A stretch of 64,000 nucleotides of DNA, taken from contig CBDBIB010000003.1 in the NCBI GenBank assembly GCA_965205945.1, forward strand, positions 736,394 to 800,393. Reading direction: 5' to 3'. Source of the stretch: Bdellovibrionales bacterium. GTDB lineage: Bacteria > Bdellovibrionota > Bdellovibrionia > Bdellovibrionales > UBA1609. This document shows, in pieces, positions 20,663 to 29,576 of the stretch. The translations under genes and the position numbers were made by a program. How positions within the stretch are numbered: the first letter of the stretch is position 1; every line of letters starts with the position of its first letter. Below the pieces are notes generated by a model. That model was given only the letters and a program-made list of their open reading frames with translations. It was not told the origin of the DNA and did no database searches.

Positions 20663-20773
20663 ACCAAAGTGGCCCGAAAATGGCTCGAAGTAAATCTTAC
20701 TAAAATCAAGAAATTAGATTTAGTTTTACTTTGTTATTTTCTCTAATAATTTTAGTACTTTAGAGCCGATAAA

Positions 20774-20789
20774 TGGTCGGGGAGACAGG
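20774..20789 (-). repeat. att core copy 1 (tRNA-Pro 3' end)
   Basis: tggtcggggagacagg, identical to 35431-35446. Confidence 0.9.
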
Positions 20790-20829
20790 TCGGATTGTGG
20801 CTTAGACCTAAGTATTTGAAAAAAATTAA

Positions 20830-20928
20830 ATAATTTAACGATAACAACAACTTAAAGTCTTTCTGACTTGGAGTGAATTAGAATAGTTTGGTAGGAATTG
20901 GAGTGTATTCTGGGGGTGGTGTTAGGAA
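20830..20928 (+). repeat. 99-bp element-end repeat, copy A
   Basis: About 8 mismatches versus 24272-24370. Confidence 0.9.
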
Positions 20929-20965
20929 GTTAGAGCTATTTTTCTCAAATTAAGCTATAAAAATA

Positions 20966-21010
20966 AAAAACTACTTAGTAGTTGATAAAAACTATAAAGT
21001 AGTTGATAAT
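20966..21010 (+). promoter_or_regulatory. Sigma70-like promoter overlapped by two tandem 21-bp operator repeats
   Basis: aaaaactacttagtagttgat / aaaaactataaagtagttgat; TTGATA(20982)-N17-GATAAT(21005). Confidence 0.65.
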
Positions 21011-21017
21011 TAAGTAT

Positions 21018-21350
21018 ATGGATTTTTCTGCACTATTCGGATCAGAAGCAGCAAAAAAAACGCTTCTTTATATTCAAAACTATGAAAAAGGTTACGCTGC
21101 TGAGATAGCTAAAACTTTTGAGGTTTCAAATAGTATGATCAAAAAGCAGTTAGAGAAGTTTGAAGGAGCAGGAGTTCTGGTGGCAGTTGAAGTGGGTCGC
21201 AGCAGGGTATTTGAATTCAATCCGAGATATCCCCTTCTATCAGAGCTTAAAGGACTGCTTAGTGGTCTCTTAGAGCTTCAATCAAAAGAAGATATAAAAA
21301 AGTACTTTAGAAAAAGATCAAGGCCTAGGCGAAAAGGAAAACCTCTTTGA
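21018..21350 (+). CDS. Winged-helix HTH protein (putative antitoxin)
   Basis: GYAAEIAKTF...QLEKFEGAGVL...GRSRVFEFNPRYP; ATG at 21018 preferred over TTG at 21003. Confidence 0.75.
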   Translation: MDFSALFGSEAAKKTLLYIQNYEKGYAAEIAKTFEVSNSMIKKQLEKFEGAGVLVAVEVGRSRVFEFNPRYPLLSELKGLLSGLLELQSKEDIKKYFRKRSRPRRKGKPL

Positions 21351-21892
21351 TTGATAAGAATACAACACTTAAAGAGTTGGCTTTTGTAGTTTCAAGCCAA
21401 TTAGAAAAACATGACGTATCAGCAATTCTTGTAGGAGGTGCTGTGGTTTCAATATATACAGAGAATGAATACCAGTCTTACGATTTAGATTTTTGTTCAG
21501 TGGACTCAGTTAAAAAAATTGATGAAGCTCTTTTTCAAATTGGATTTAAGAAAGAGGGGCGGCGCTATAAACATTCTAATTCTGATTACTTTGTCGAGTT
21601 TCCTGGTGCTGTTGTGGTGCTAGGAAATGAGCATCAGACAGATTATGATCAATTGTCTGTTGATGGCAGAATACTAAAACTCCTTTCTCCCACACAATCT
21701 ATTAAAGACAGATTAGCAGCCTATTACTACTGGAAAGACTTGCAGTCTTTGGATCAGGCCTTGATGATTGCTAAAAATCAAAAATTTAGCATGGCAAGTG
21801 TTAAAAAATGGTCTGTTGCTGAGGGCGAACTTAGCAAGTTTGAAGAGTTTGAGAAAAAGTTTAAGCAGCTTACTTTGGGAAATAGAGATTAA
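21347..21892 (+). CDS. Nucleotidyltransferase-fold protein (putative TA toxin)
   Basis: LVGGAVV...SYDLDF (GG...DxD); 4-nt overlap with the HTH gene. Confidence 0.75.
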   Translation: MIDKNTTLKELAFVVSSQLEKHDVSAILVGGAVVSIYTENEYQSYDLDFCSVDSVKKIDEALFQIGFKKEGRRYKHSNSDYFVEFPGAVVVLGNEHQTDYDQLSVDGRILKLLSPTQSIKDRLAAYYYWKDLQSLDQALMIAKNQKFSMASVKKWSVAEGELSKFEEFEKKFKQLTLGNRD

Positions 21893-22115
21893 ACCCTAAT
21901 GAGTTTTATCTTTAGAGAAGTGTGGCACTTTTGTCATTACCAAGGGAAATTGACGTTTTAACTACCAAGGGATTATGTTGGTATCGGTGTGTTAAAAAAA
22001 ATACTTAACTTAACCAGTAATCTATGCAGCCTTTAAATTACCTTTTCTGGGCCCATCCTTTTCCTTGGTAGAATTCCCCTTAGTATTTAGGACCAATACC
22101 CCTGTGAAGCTTATA

Positions 22116-22383
22116 GACCGTATGGAAACCGAGTATTTGGGAAGAGTATCTTGAGCGTCTAGAGAGACATCAAGAAGAACTGACACTTAAACCTAGTACA
22201 CTTGAAGGGGCCATGGAAAAACTTGATCTAAAAGATCTAGCAAAAGGCATTTTTGGTCATGCCGAAAAAGATAATCTTGATTGTTTTAAACCATTTGTTG
22301 CTCGTGCTGTAAGAAAGTTAACTCAAAGACAGTATCTCGTCCTTAAAAAAATATATTGGTATCAGTGCACACTTTCTCAAAAT
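22116..22383 (+). pseudogene. Truncated sigma region-4/LuxR-like HTH gene cut by an IS
   Basis: AVRKLTQRQYLVLKKIYWYQCTLSQ runs into the IS left end. Confidence 0.45.
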
Positions 22384-22452
22384 TGGGCCTCCCCAAAAAT
22401 ACTGGACAGTTTTCTAAGTGCGAACTAAACCTAAAAGGAGAGGTAAAAAGGC

Positions 22453-22793
22453 ATGGAGAAGAAGAAAGAGGCTACAGAGTCTAAAAAAAAGTACAATACT
22501 TTTTCAGAAGAATTTAAAGAAGAAGCTGTTGAATTGGCAAAGAGAGTTGGAAACAGCCAGGCATCAAGAGATCTAGGAACTACTGAAACCAGCATTAGAA
22601 ATTGGAGAAAAAAGCTAAATCTAAAACTCCTGAAAGCTTATTAAAAGAGGAAAATAAGAAGTCATATAGAGAGCTTGAGAAAGAAAATAAGCGTTTAAAA
22701 AAAGAGCTTGGCTGGATGCAAGAAATTAATACAGTGTTAAAAAAAAGCACAGCGATTTTCTCCTCAGATCAGATCAAAAAGTCAAAATCATGA
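22453..22793 (+). CDS. IS3 OrfA split over two frames (22453-22644, 22602-22793)
   Basis: FSEEFKEEAV HTH, then ELEKENKRLKKE...VLKKSTAIFS in the -1 frame. Confidence 0.8.
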
Positions 22794-23656
22794 AAGAGCT
22801 AAGTTTAACAATTCCCGTCTATTTTTTATGCATTTTTTTTGGAGTAAGTAAGAGTACTTTTTATTATTTAAATAATAAAAAAAGCTCAAAGTCGTTTCAA
22901 AGGAAAACAAAAATAAAGGAAAGAATTAAGAGCATTTTTGAATCATCGTATAAAACTTATGGTTCACCACGTATTTATGAGGAGTTAAAAGATAAAGAGA
23001 TTTTCGTGAGTGAGAATACAGTTGCAAAATACATGAAGGAGTTGGGCTTAGATGCCCGTCATAAGAAGACTTTTAAAGTTTTAACGACTGACTCCAATCA
23101 TAAGTTTAAAGTGGTACCAAGGCTTTTTAAAGTTGAAGAAGAGCACTCCTTACCAACAGGGCCAGGAAGAGTTTTAGCAGGAGATATCACTTATTTAAGA
23201 TTAGGAACAGGCAGGAATTTTTTATACTTAGCCGTAGTAATTGATTTATTTAACCGTGAAGTTGTTGGTTGGAGTATAGGTAAAAGCTTAGAGACAAGAT
23301 TGGTGTTAAAAGCACTTGAAATGGCCATAAAAAAAGTTGGCCCAAGTGCTGAAGTGATTTTTCATTCAGATCGTGGGTCTCAATACGCTAGTGATGCTTA
23401 TAGACAGTTTTTAAAAAACAAAAAGATAAGACCAAGTATGAGTAGAAAAGGAAATTGCTATGATAATGCATATACTGAAAGTTGGTTTTCAAGTTTTAAA
23501 AAAGAATTTTTATATAGAAAAAGCTATACTGGAGAAAGAGAATTAAGATCGTTAGTATTTGAATATATTGAAGTTTGGTATAACAAGAAAAGAAGGCATT
23601 CTTCTCTTGATTATCAAAGCCCTAAAGGGTATGCAATTAAACACAACCTCGCATAG
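22790..23656 (+). CDS. IS3 OrfB DDE transposase
   Basis: YGSPRI, GDITY, FHSDRGSQY, GNCYDNA, WYNKKRRHSSL. Confidence 0.95.
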   Translation: MKELSLTIPVYFLCIFFGVSKSTFYYLNNKKSSKSFQRKTKIKERIKSIFESSYKTYGSPRIYEELKDKEIFVSENTVAKYMKELGLDARHKKTFKVLTTDSNHKFKVVPRLFKVEEEHSLPTGPGRVLAGDITYLRLGTGRNFLYLAVVIDLFNREVVGWSIGKSLETRLVLKALEMAIKKVGPSAEVIFHSDRGSQYASDAYRQFLKNKKIRPSMSRKGNCYDNAYTESWFSSFKKEFLYRKSYTGERELRSLVFEYIEVWYNKKRRHSSLDYQSPKGYAIKHNLA

Positions 23657-23688
23657 GAAAAAGTGTCCTATTTCTTTGGGGAAGTCCA

Positions 23689-24244
23689 AATTGAGGAACT
23701 CAAACAGGTTGAGGTAAGGTTTAGTGACTCCATCCGCTCTCTTGCATTACAAGGTACGGATAGCCTCGAAACGGCCATTGCGCTTCTGGTTGAAGACAAA
23801 AAGAAGGCCAACAAAGAAATAAATGAGCTGAACGATGAGTTGAATAAAATCATTGAAAAAGAAAAATCACACAAACGAGGTTACGAAGGTCACGATTTAA
23901 AACGCTTTTTAAGCATGGCCTTTAGAGACTTTGATAAAATGTATGACATAGAGAAAAAAACGCTACTACAGGCCGTTTTTTCTCAAATCCTAGTACACAC
24001 AACTGATGATGGTGTCGATCTTGAGATCGTGACCTCATTAGATCCCTTCCAATCACCTGCCCCTGCCTCTAGCACTAGGGGCAAGGGTGAAGGTTTCGCA
24101 AAAATACTTAAATTCCCTTCTATTAAAAATCAAAAAACAGAAATAAAAAAAGGCCATTTTCTATCATCCAAACCCGTTCGGGGTGTGGAGGGCACAAAGT
24201 GGCCTTTTGTCGTAAATGATCGGGGAGACAGGTGGCACTTTTGA
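23689..24244 (+). pseudogene. C-terminal fragment of a large serine recombinase-like gene reading through att
   Basis: Coiled coil then EKKTLLQAVFSQILV; the start is supplied by the IS end; the tail NDRGDR is encoded by the att core. Confidence 0.5.
24217..24232 (-). repeat. att core copy 2
   Basis: tgatcggggagacagg, 15/16 match to the tRNA-Pro 3' end. Confidence 0.9.
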
Positions 24245-24271
24245 AATTCCACAAGCACCCGAAAACACTAT

Positions 24272-24370
24272 ATAATTTAACAATAACAACAACTTAAAGT
24301 CTTTCTGACTTGGAACGAATTGGAATATTTTGGTAGGAATTAGAGTGTATTCTGGGCTTGGTGTTAGGAA
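24272..24370 (+). repeat. 99-bp element-end repeat, copy B
   Basis: Matches 20830-20928. Confidence 0.9.
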
Positions 24371-24443
24371 ATTTGGGATCAATTGATGAGTGAAGGGCCT
24401 CTTTTGGTTGCAATTCCCTTAATATAGGTTTATATTTACCAAT

Positions 24444-24743
24444 ATGAAGAAAGCCTCACTCATTTTTACAGAAAAATATCTTGTAGGAAGTGATGTTGTT
24501 GTGGAGATCAAGGTTTGGCAGTTGCCTAAATCTGATTGGAAGAGGTATCCAGATAAGATCAAATACCGCTTGGTGTGTATCAACACCAGGACTGGTAAAA
24601 GGGTCTTGATGGACAACCACTCTCCTAAAGGACACCACGTTCACTTAGATGATGTGGAAAAAGACTATGAGTTCTGCACGGTGGAAGCACTCTTCAGTGA
24701 TTTTAAAAAATTTGTTCTAAACTATATGGAGGTGAAATTATGA
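24444..24743 (+). CDS. DUF6516/TumE-like toxin
   Basis: IKVWQLP...YPDKIKYRL...MDNHSPKGHHVH...YEF...LFSDF. Confidence 0.75.
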   Translation: MKKASLIFTEKYLVGSDVVVEIKVWQLPKSDWKRYPDKIKYRLVCINTRTGKRVLMDNHSPKGHHVHLDDVEKDYEFCTVEALFSDFKKFVLNYMEVKL

Positions 24744-25108
24744 AAACACTCACTATCGCTTTAAAAACCAGTGATGATCTTTTTGATGACGCTATTCAGT
24801 CCATGAAAGAAGCTATGAAAAAAGAAGTTAAAAAAGCGCCTCAATATATGATCACATTCACAAGCCCAAAGGAATTTGATAAGTTTTTAAAACACATCAA
24901 ACTTATTCGAGTGATTAAATATCTTAAACCAGAATCTGTTTACGAACTGGCTAAGGTGATGAAAGTAGATGTCTCAAACCTTAATAAGTCCATTCAGTTT
25001 CTAGAAGACTTTGAGGTCATCACGGTTAAAACAACTAAAAAGAATGGCAGGACTCTTAAAAAACCTATTTTTGAATTTGATGACATTCGGATTAAGATGG
25101 CGGCTTAA
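24740..25108 (+). CDS. HTH antitoxin-like protein (HVO_A0114-like)
   Basis: PESVYELAKVMKVDVSNLNKSIQFLEDFEVI...GRTLKKP; ATGA overlap. Confidence 0.75.
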   Translation: MKTLTIALKTSDDLFDDAIQSMKEAMKKEVKKAPQYMITFTSPKEFDKFLKHIKLIRVIKYLKPESVYELAKVMKVDVSNLNKSIQFLEDFEVITVKTTKKNGRTLKKPIFEFDDIRIKMAA

Positions 25109-25276
25109 GCTGTTATCTTTATGGCTTAAAGAAAAACGAAAGGGGTTAGTGGATGGCTAAAGCCCCCGATTTTTGGATAGTTGGGACCTGAGAGAAAAAT
25201 TAATTATTTAAAATTCAGTTTAACTTTTGAAATCCACTTTATTTAAACAATATCAGGGGCTTAAAAAGGAAAACAT

Positions 25277-25777
25277 ATGAAAAACAATAACCTCAATAAA
25301 ACTTATAATGAAAACTTTAAACTCAACGCTGTGAAAAAATTACTCGCTGACAAAAAAGGACTCACTTACACCGCTAGTAAACTTAACATTGCCTCTTCAA
25401 CCCTCTATGGATGGAAGAAAAAATATGCTAATTTAAATTCTATGACCCACAGCAACAGCAATAAAAAACTCTCTCTTGAAGACAAACTTAACTTTATTAA
25501 AAAAACTCAATCTTTAAATGAAAACGAACTTGGAAAATTTCTTAGAGAAAATGGACTTAACTCTTCAGACCTTATTAATTTTGAAAAAGAATTACTTGGA
25601 CAAAATCCTGTTGGAAGACCTTCACTTGATCCTGAAATTAAAACTTTAAGGAAAGATAAAATAAACTTAGAAAGATCTTTAAATCGAGCTGAAAAAGCTC
25701 TAGCTGAACAGTCTGCTAGAATCATCTTGTTAAAAAAAAGCCACGAGATCTGGGGGGTCAAAGAGGACGAAGATTAA
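25277..25777 (+). CDS. IS3 OrfA
   Basis: Identical protein to 8167-8667; A8G at 25732-25740. Confidence 0.9.
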   Translation: MKNNNLNKTYNENFKLNAVKKLLADKKGLTYTASKLNIASSTLYGWKKKYANLNSMTHSNSNKKLSLEDKLNFIKKTQSLNENELGKFLRENGLNSSDLINFEKELLGQNPVGRPSLDPEIKTLRKDKINLERSLNRAEKALAEQSARIILLKKSHEIWGVKEDED

Positions 25778-26019
25778 GTCCTGATGACAAAGAAGTTTGT
25801 CTTGAATTAATTAACACCTCTTCTAAAAATGGCTGTAGACTTAAACTTGCCTGCAGCGATTTAGAAATTGATATTAAAACTTTCAACCGCTGGAAACTTT
25901 CTTTAACTGATAAAAGAAAAGGACCCTTATCGCCTCCAAAAAATAAATTAAGTGATAAAGAAAAAGATGAGATCATTAACACCTGTACTTTAAAAAAGTA
26001 TGTTGATGACTCTCCTCAT

Positions 26020-26817
26020 GTGATAGTTTCAAAACTTGCAGATGATGGAGTTTATTTAGCAAGTGAATCAAGTTTTTATAAAGTTTTAAAAGAGAATAAA
26101 CTTTTAGTTCATAGAGGAAGAACAAAACCAAAAACTAAACAAAAGCCAAAAGGAATGACTGCAACGGAAGTGAATCAAGTTTATTCTTGGGATATTACTT
26201 ATTTAAAAACTTTGGTGCGGGGTCGGTTTTATTATTTATATATGTTTATGGATGTGTTTAGTAGAAAGATTGTAGGTTATAAAGTACACGTTAGAGAAAG
26301 TATGGATTTATCATCAGAGTTAATTAAAGAGATTTGTGAGAGAGAAAAAATAAAAAGAGATGAGCTAGTATTACATTCAGATAATGGCGGCTCAATGAAG
26401 GGAGCAACGATGCTAGCAACACTTGATTGGTTGGGAGTTTCAAGTTCATTTAGTAGGCCGAGTGTAAGTAATGACAATGCCTATTCAGAAAGTTTATTTA
26501 AGACGTTAAAGTATGTGCCGGATTATCCAGAGTTTTTTAAAAGCATAGGTGATGCAAGAGACTGGGTTGATAATTTTGTTAATTGGTACAATGAAGAGCA
26601 TCGTCACAGTGGAATAAAGTTTGTGACGCCATCAGAGCGCCATTTAGGAAAAGATAAAGAGATATTAGAAAAGCGTAAGGAAGTTTATGAAGCAGCAAGA
26701 AGGTTAAAGCCAGAGCGCTGGAGTAGCAGAGGAATTAGGAATTGGGAGCGAGAGAATGTGGTGTATTTAAATTGTTTGCCAAGTGAAAAAGTAGTTGTTA
26801 TGAAGAATGTGGTTTAA
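26020..26817 (+). CDS. IS3 OrfB DDE transposase
   Basis: Identical protein to 7127-7924; frame open back to the slippery site. Confidence 0.95.
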   Translation: MIVSKLADDGVYLASESSFYKVLKENKLLVHRGRTKPKTKQKPKGMTATEVNQVYSWDITYLKTLVRGRFYYLYMFMDVFSRKIVGYKVHVRESMDLSSELIKEICEREKIKRDELVLHSDNGGSMKGATMLATLDWLGVSSSFSRPSVSNDNAYSESLFKTLKYVPDYPEFFKSIGDARDWVDNFVNWYNEEHRHSGIKFVTPSERHLGKDKEILEKRKEVYEAARRLKPERWSSRGIRNWERENVVYLNCLPSEKVVVMKNVV

Positions 26818-26881
26818 CTGAATTAAATTTCCCTTCAGGTCCCAACTATCCAAAAATTTTCCGACCCCACTTACAGACAAA

Positions 26882-28177
26882 ATGATTTTGGCTTCTGAAA
26901 AAATTGATTCGAATTCAGCTTATAAGTCTCAACTGGACTGGGGGCCTTTTAAAAAAGCTGAGCTTCGAGCTCAGAAAAAGCCTATTCGTGGAGGTTTTAC
27001 TTTTGGTTCACCTTTCAAACTTGTGAACTCGCATTCTACTTGTCAGCAGTGTCTCTACTCTTTTGAGGTAGACACCTATGGTCGTGGTTGCGTTCATAAT
27101 TGTGTTTATTGCTATGCAAAGGCTGAGCTTACAGTTCATGGTTACTGGAACAATCCATATCCAGCTCCTGTAAACATCAATGAAATTAGAAAAGTATTTC
27201 ACACTGTTTTTGAAACAGATAGAAAATCTAAGTTTCGTGAAGTGATGGAAAAAAGAATCCCTATTCGTATTGGGTCTATGAGTGACTCGCTCATGCATAT
27301 GGACAGCAAATATGGTGTTACAAAAGAACTCTTAAGAATTTTAAAGCATTATAAATACCCATATGTGATTTTCACTAGGTCAGACTTGGTGGCCCAAGAT
27401 GACTATATGGAGCTTATTGAGCCAAACCTGGCCTCTGTTCAGTTTTCCATATCGTCAACAAACGATAAACTGAACAAACTCATTGAGCCAGGTGCGCCCA
27501 GTGCCAAGCGTAGGTTATCAGCTCTTACGAAACTCAACAAAGCAGGGTTTTGGACCACAGTAAGGATCAACCCGCTTTTCCCAATTATGCCTGATGGTTA
27601 CTTTACTGATCCAAATTTTGAATGGTGGGGTGAGGGTGAAGTTCCAAAATTTGATTACTCTTCATTCGATATGGTTGATGAAATTGCTGCAACAGGCACC
27701 CCCTCAATTTTAGCTGGCTTTGGTAGATTTAGTTCATTCTCACTAAATCAAATCGAAAAGGCTGTAGATTTTGATCTTCGTCAGTTCTACAACCCTGGCG
27801 AGGGTGGAGTCAAAAAATCAAAACGTGATTTTCACTTTTCAGACAAAGAGATTCGGTACTACTACGAACAGATTAAAGAGCGTTGCTATAAAAACGCCAT
27901 GGAATTTACAACATGCTATATTGGTAATGGTGAAGAGCACTTTTGGAAAGATCAGGATTTATGGTCTAACAAAAAAGACTGCTGTAATGTGAAGGGCCGG
28001 GTTGAAGCTTTTAAAACCGACTCTCGTGAAATACCTTTTGAAACAAGGTTGAGGTTCACAAATCATAAAAAAGCAGAGCCTATCAACGCCGAAACTCTGC
28101 ACAAACCTCTAGGTGGTCTTGAAACTATTGATCTGCCTAAAAAAGAAAAATCTAAGTCGCCAGAGGCTACACTTTAG
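26882..28177 (+). CDS. Radical SAM protein, spore photoproduct lyase-like (original start probably 25153)
   Basis: DTYGRGCVHNCVYCYA (CxxxCxxC), RIGSMSD, IFTRS, IEPGAPS..RRL, VRINP. Confidence 0.85.
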   Translation: MILASEKIDSNSAYKSQLDWGPFKKAELRAQKKPIRGGFTFGSPFKLVNSHSTCQQCLYSFEVDTYGRGCVHNCVYCYAKAELTVHGYWNNPYPAPVNINEIRKVFHTVFETDRKSKFREVMEKRIPIRIGSMSDSLMHMDSKYGVTKELLRILKHYKYPYVIFTRSDLVAQDDYMELIEPNLASVQFSISSTNDKLNKLIEPGAPSAKRRLSALTKLNKAGFWTTVRINPLFPIMPDGYFTDPNFEWWGEGEVPKFDYSSFDMVDEIAATGTPSILAGFGRFSSFSLNQIEKAVDFDLRQFYNPGEGGVKKSKRDFHFSDKEIRYYYEQIKERCYKNAMEFTTCYIGNGEEHFWKDQDLWSNKKDCCNVKGRVEAFKTDSREIPFETRLRFTNHKKAEPINAETLHKPLGGLETIDLPKKEKSKSPEATL

Positions 28178-28182
28178 TTGTT

Positions 28183-28572
28183 ATGGCTAAAAAGACTTTC
28201 ACAGGCGTAAACATTCAGTGGCCCATCTCTGAGCTTATTGTAAGCGGTGAGAAGACTGTGGAGACTAGAACTTACGCTCTGCCTGAAAAGCACTTAAACC
28301 AAGCAATGGTCTTGATCGAAACGCCAGGAAAGCAGGGTAAGTTTAAGGCTCGTATGGTGGCCGTGATTAAATTTACAGACTCTTTTAAATACAAAAGCAA
28401 AACAGCTTTTTATAAAGATATCGACCGCCATAAAGTCACTAAAGACTCTTTATGGGCCTGGTCAGATGAAAAACCTAAATGGGGGTGGGAAGTCACAGTT
28501 TTGAAGACTTTTAAGGCTAAAGAAGCTCCCAAGAAAAAAGGAATTGTTTTTACAAAAGACATCAGTCTTTGA
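28183..28572 (+). CDS. ASCH (PUA-like) domain protein
   Basis: NIQWPISELIVSGEKTVETR (GxKxxExR). Confidence 0.85.
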   Translation: MAKKTFTGVNIQWPISELIVSGEKTVETRTYALPEKHLNQAMVLIETPGKQGKFKARMVAVIKFTDSFKYKSKTAFYKDIDRHKVTKDSLWAWSDEKPKWGWEVTVLKTFKAKEAPKKKGIVFTKDISL

Positions 28573-28652
28573 TGTTACACATTTGTTTTCACCCGACCAG
28601 CTTATCTGGTTTATGAATGATTTTGACTACTTAGGTTTTGAATTGGAAAGTC

Positions 28653-28674
28653 TGCTGTTAGGTTCCTAACAGCA
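28653..28674. repeat. Perfect inverted repeat tgctgttagg-tt-cctaacagca
   Basis: Lies between convergent genes; terminator and/or integrase arm-type site. Confidence 0.6.
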
Positions 28675-28680
28675 ACACTA

Positions 28681-29499
28681 TCAAGCCTTCTTTTTAAGGA
28701 GCTCTTCTCCAATTAATGCAGACCCTAATGAATTAGCCACCAGAAATGCGTTGTCGTCCATGAGCGTTCCTCTAACGAACGTATTCGAAAAGGGTGTAGT
28801 CACGGCTTTGTGCCCTTCGAGAGTGCCATCTAACCCTAAGTGGTATGAAACTCCCACAGCGCCTCCGAAGGCTATGCATTTTAGGTTTGTAATTAAGAAA
28901 CCAATACTCTGGTGTTCAGCAGTTTGTGGGTCTAAGTAAGACTGGGCTGCTTCAAAGTAGCGAATTAGAAATCTGCTCACTAATCCTATCCCTATAGTAG
29001 GAATAATAGAATGGGTAAGTGCACTTCTATGTTTACCGATCCCCAACCAGCTAATGTCTTTGTCTGGTATAGCATTTCCTGCTTTGGCTCCAGCATAAGC
29101 CCCTAAACCTGTAGAGATAATATAAGCTGTTGCTTTAAGAGCGAACACGGCTCTTCCTTCTGGTGATAAACTTTTAAAGTGTGAATTTAGAGCTCTACTA
29201 TTTTTCCATGTTGAAACACTAGTGTTTTTAATTCTAGAGGGAAGCTTTTTAAGCTCGCTTGCTGTTTGTTTGGCATCTGTCCCAATGCAGTGGAGAGCCT
29301 GTTTAGGGCCTTCTTCTCGAGATATTTTTATGAAGTTTGTAGAGTATTTACCTGCGGCTATGAATGGTCTAGCAGCGGCCTTACCCATTTCAGGGAGGTC
29401 TTCTTTAATTACGCCTTTACAAACTGCTTTGTAATCATTCCTAGCAGCAAGCGTGAGGGCGGAAATAATACCTTTGTCTTGATCTAGTGTGCGATCCAT
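28681..29499 (-). CDS. YdjM-like membrane metal-dependent hydrolase with N-terminal extension
   Basis: IPDKD...HRSALTHS...SYHLGLD, with hydrophobic segments. Confidence 0.65.
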   Translation of the reverse strand: MDRTLDQDKGIISALTLAARNDYKAVCKGVIKEDLPEMGKAAARPFIAAGKYSTNFIKISREEGPKQALHCIGTDAKQTASELKKLPSRIKNTSVSTWKNSRALNSHFKSLSPEGRAVFALKATAYIISTGLGAYAGAKAGNAIPDKDISWLGIGKHRSALTHSIIPTIGIGLVSRFLIRYFEAAQSYLDPQTAEHQSIGFLITNLKCIAFGGAVGVSYHLGLDGTLEGHKAVTTPFSNTFVRGTLMDDNAFLVANSLGSALIGEELLKKKA

Positions 29500-29508
29500 A
29501 TGTCCTCC

Positions 29509-29544
29509 TGTTCGCCATAACGAATAGTTCGCTTAACCGAACTA
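29509..29544. promoter_or_regulatory. Tandem TTCG-N6-CGAA operators
   Basis: ttcgccataacgaa and tagttcgcttaaccgaacta, 17 bp apart. Confidence 0.6.
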
Positions 29545-29576
29545 TAAGTGGTGAATGATCTTTAAACTATATTATA

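Larger units (their letters stand above)
22384..23688 (+). mobile_element. Second, unrelated IS3-family element
   Basis: IRs TGGGCCTCCCCAAAAATACTGGACA / TGGACTTCCCCAAAGAAATAGGACA, TG...CA ends, AAT on both flanks. Confidence 0.92.
20774..24232. mobile_element. Decayed integrative element remnant in the tandem island
   Basis: Bounded by att copies; carries an HTH/NTase pair, an IS3 and truncated genes. Confidence 0.7.
25163..26864 (+). mobile_element. IS3-family element, copy 2, inserted in the 5' end of the radical SAM gene
   Basis: Same IRs and proteins as 7080-8781. Confidence 0.95.

Noticed and set aside
20774..24232. Additional tRNA genes at att1 and att2
   Set aside because: Only 16 bp of the tRNA 3' end is present; no cloverleaf.
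8782..25162. Past inversion or composite transposon between the two inverted IS3 copies
   Set aside because: The radical SAM frame is continuous across copy 2, and swapping the inner flanks produces no target duplication; independent insertions fit better.
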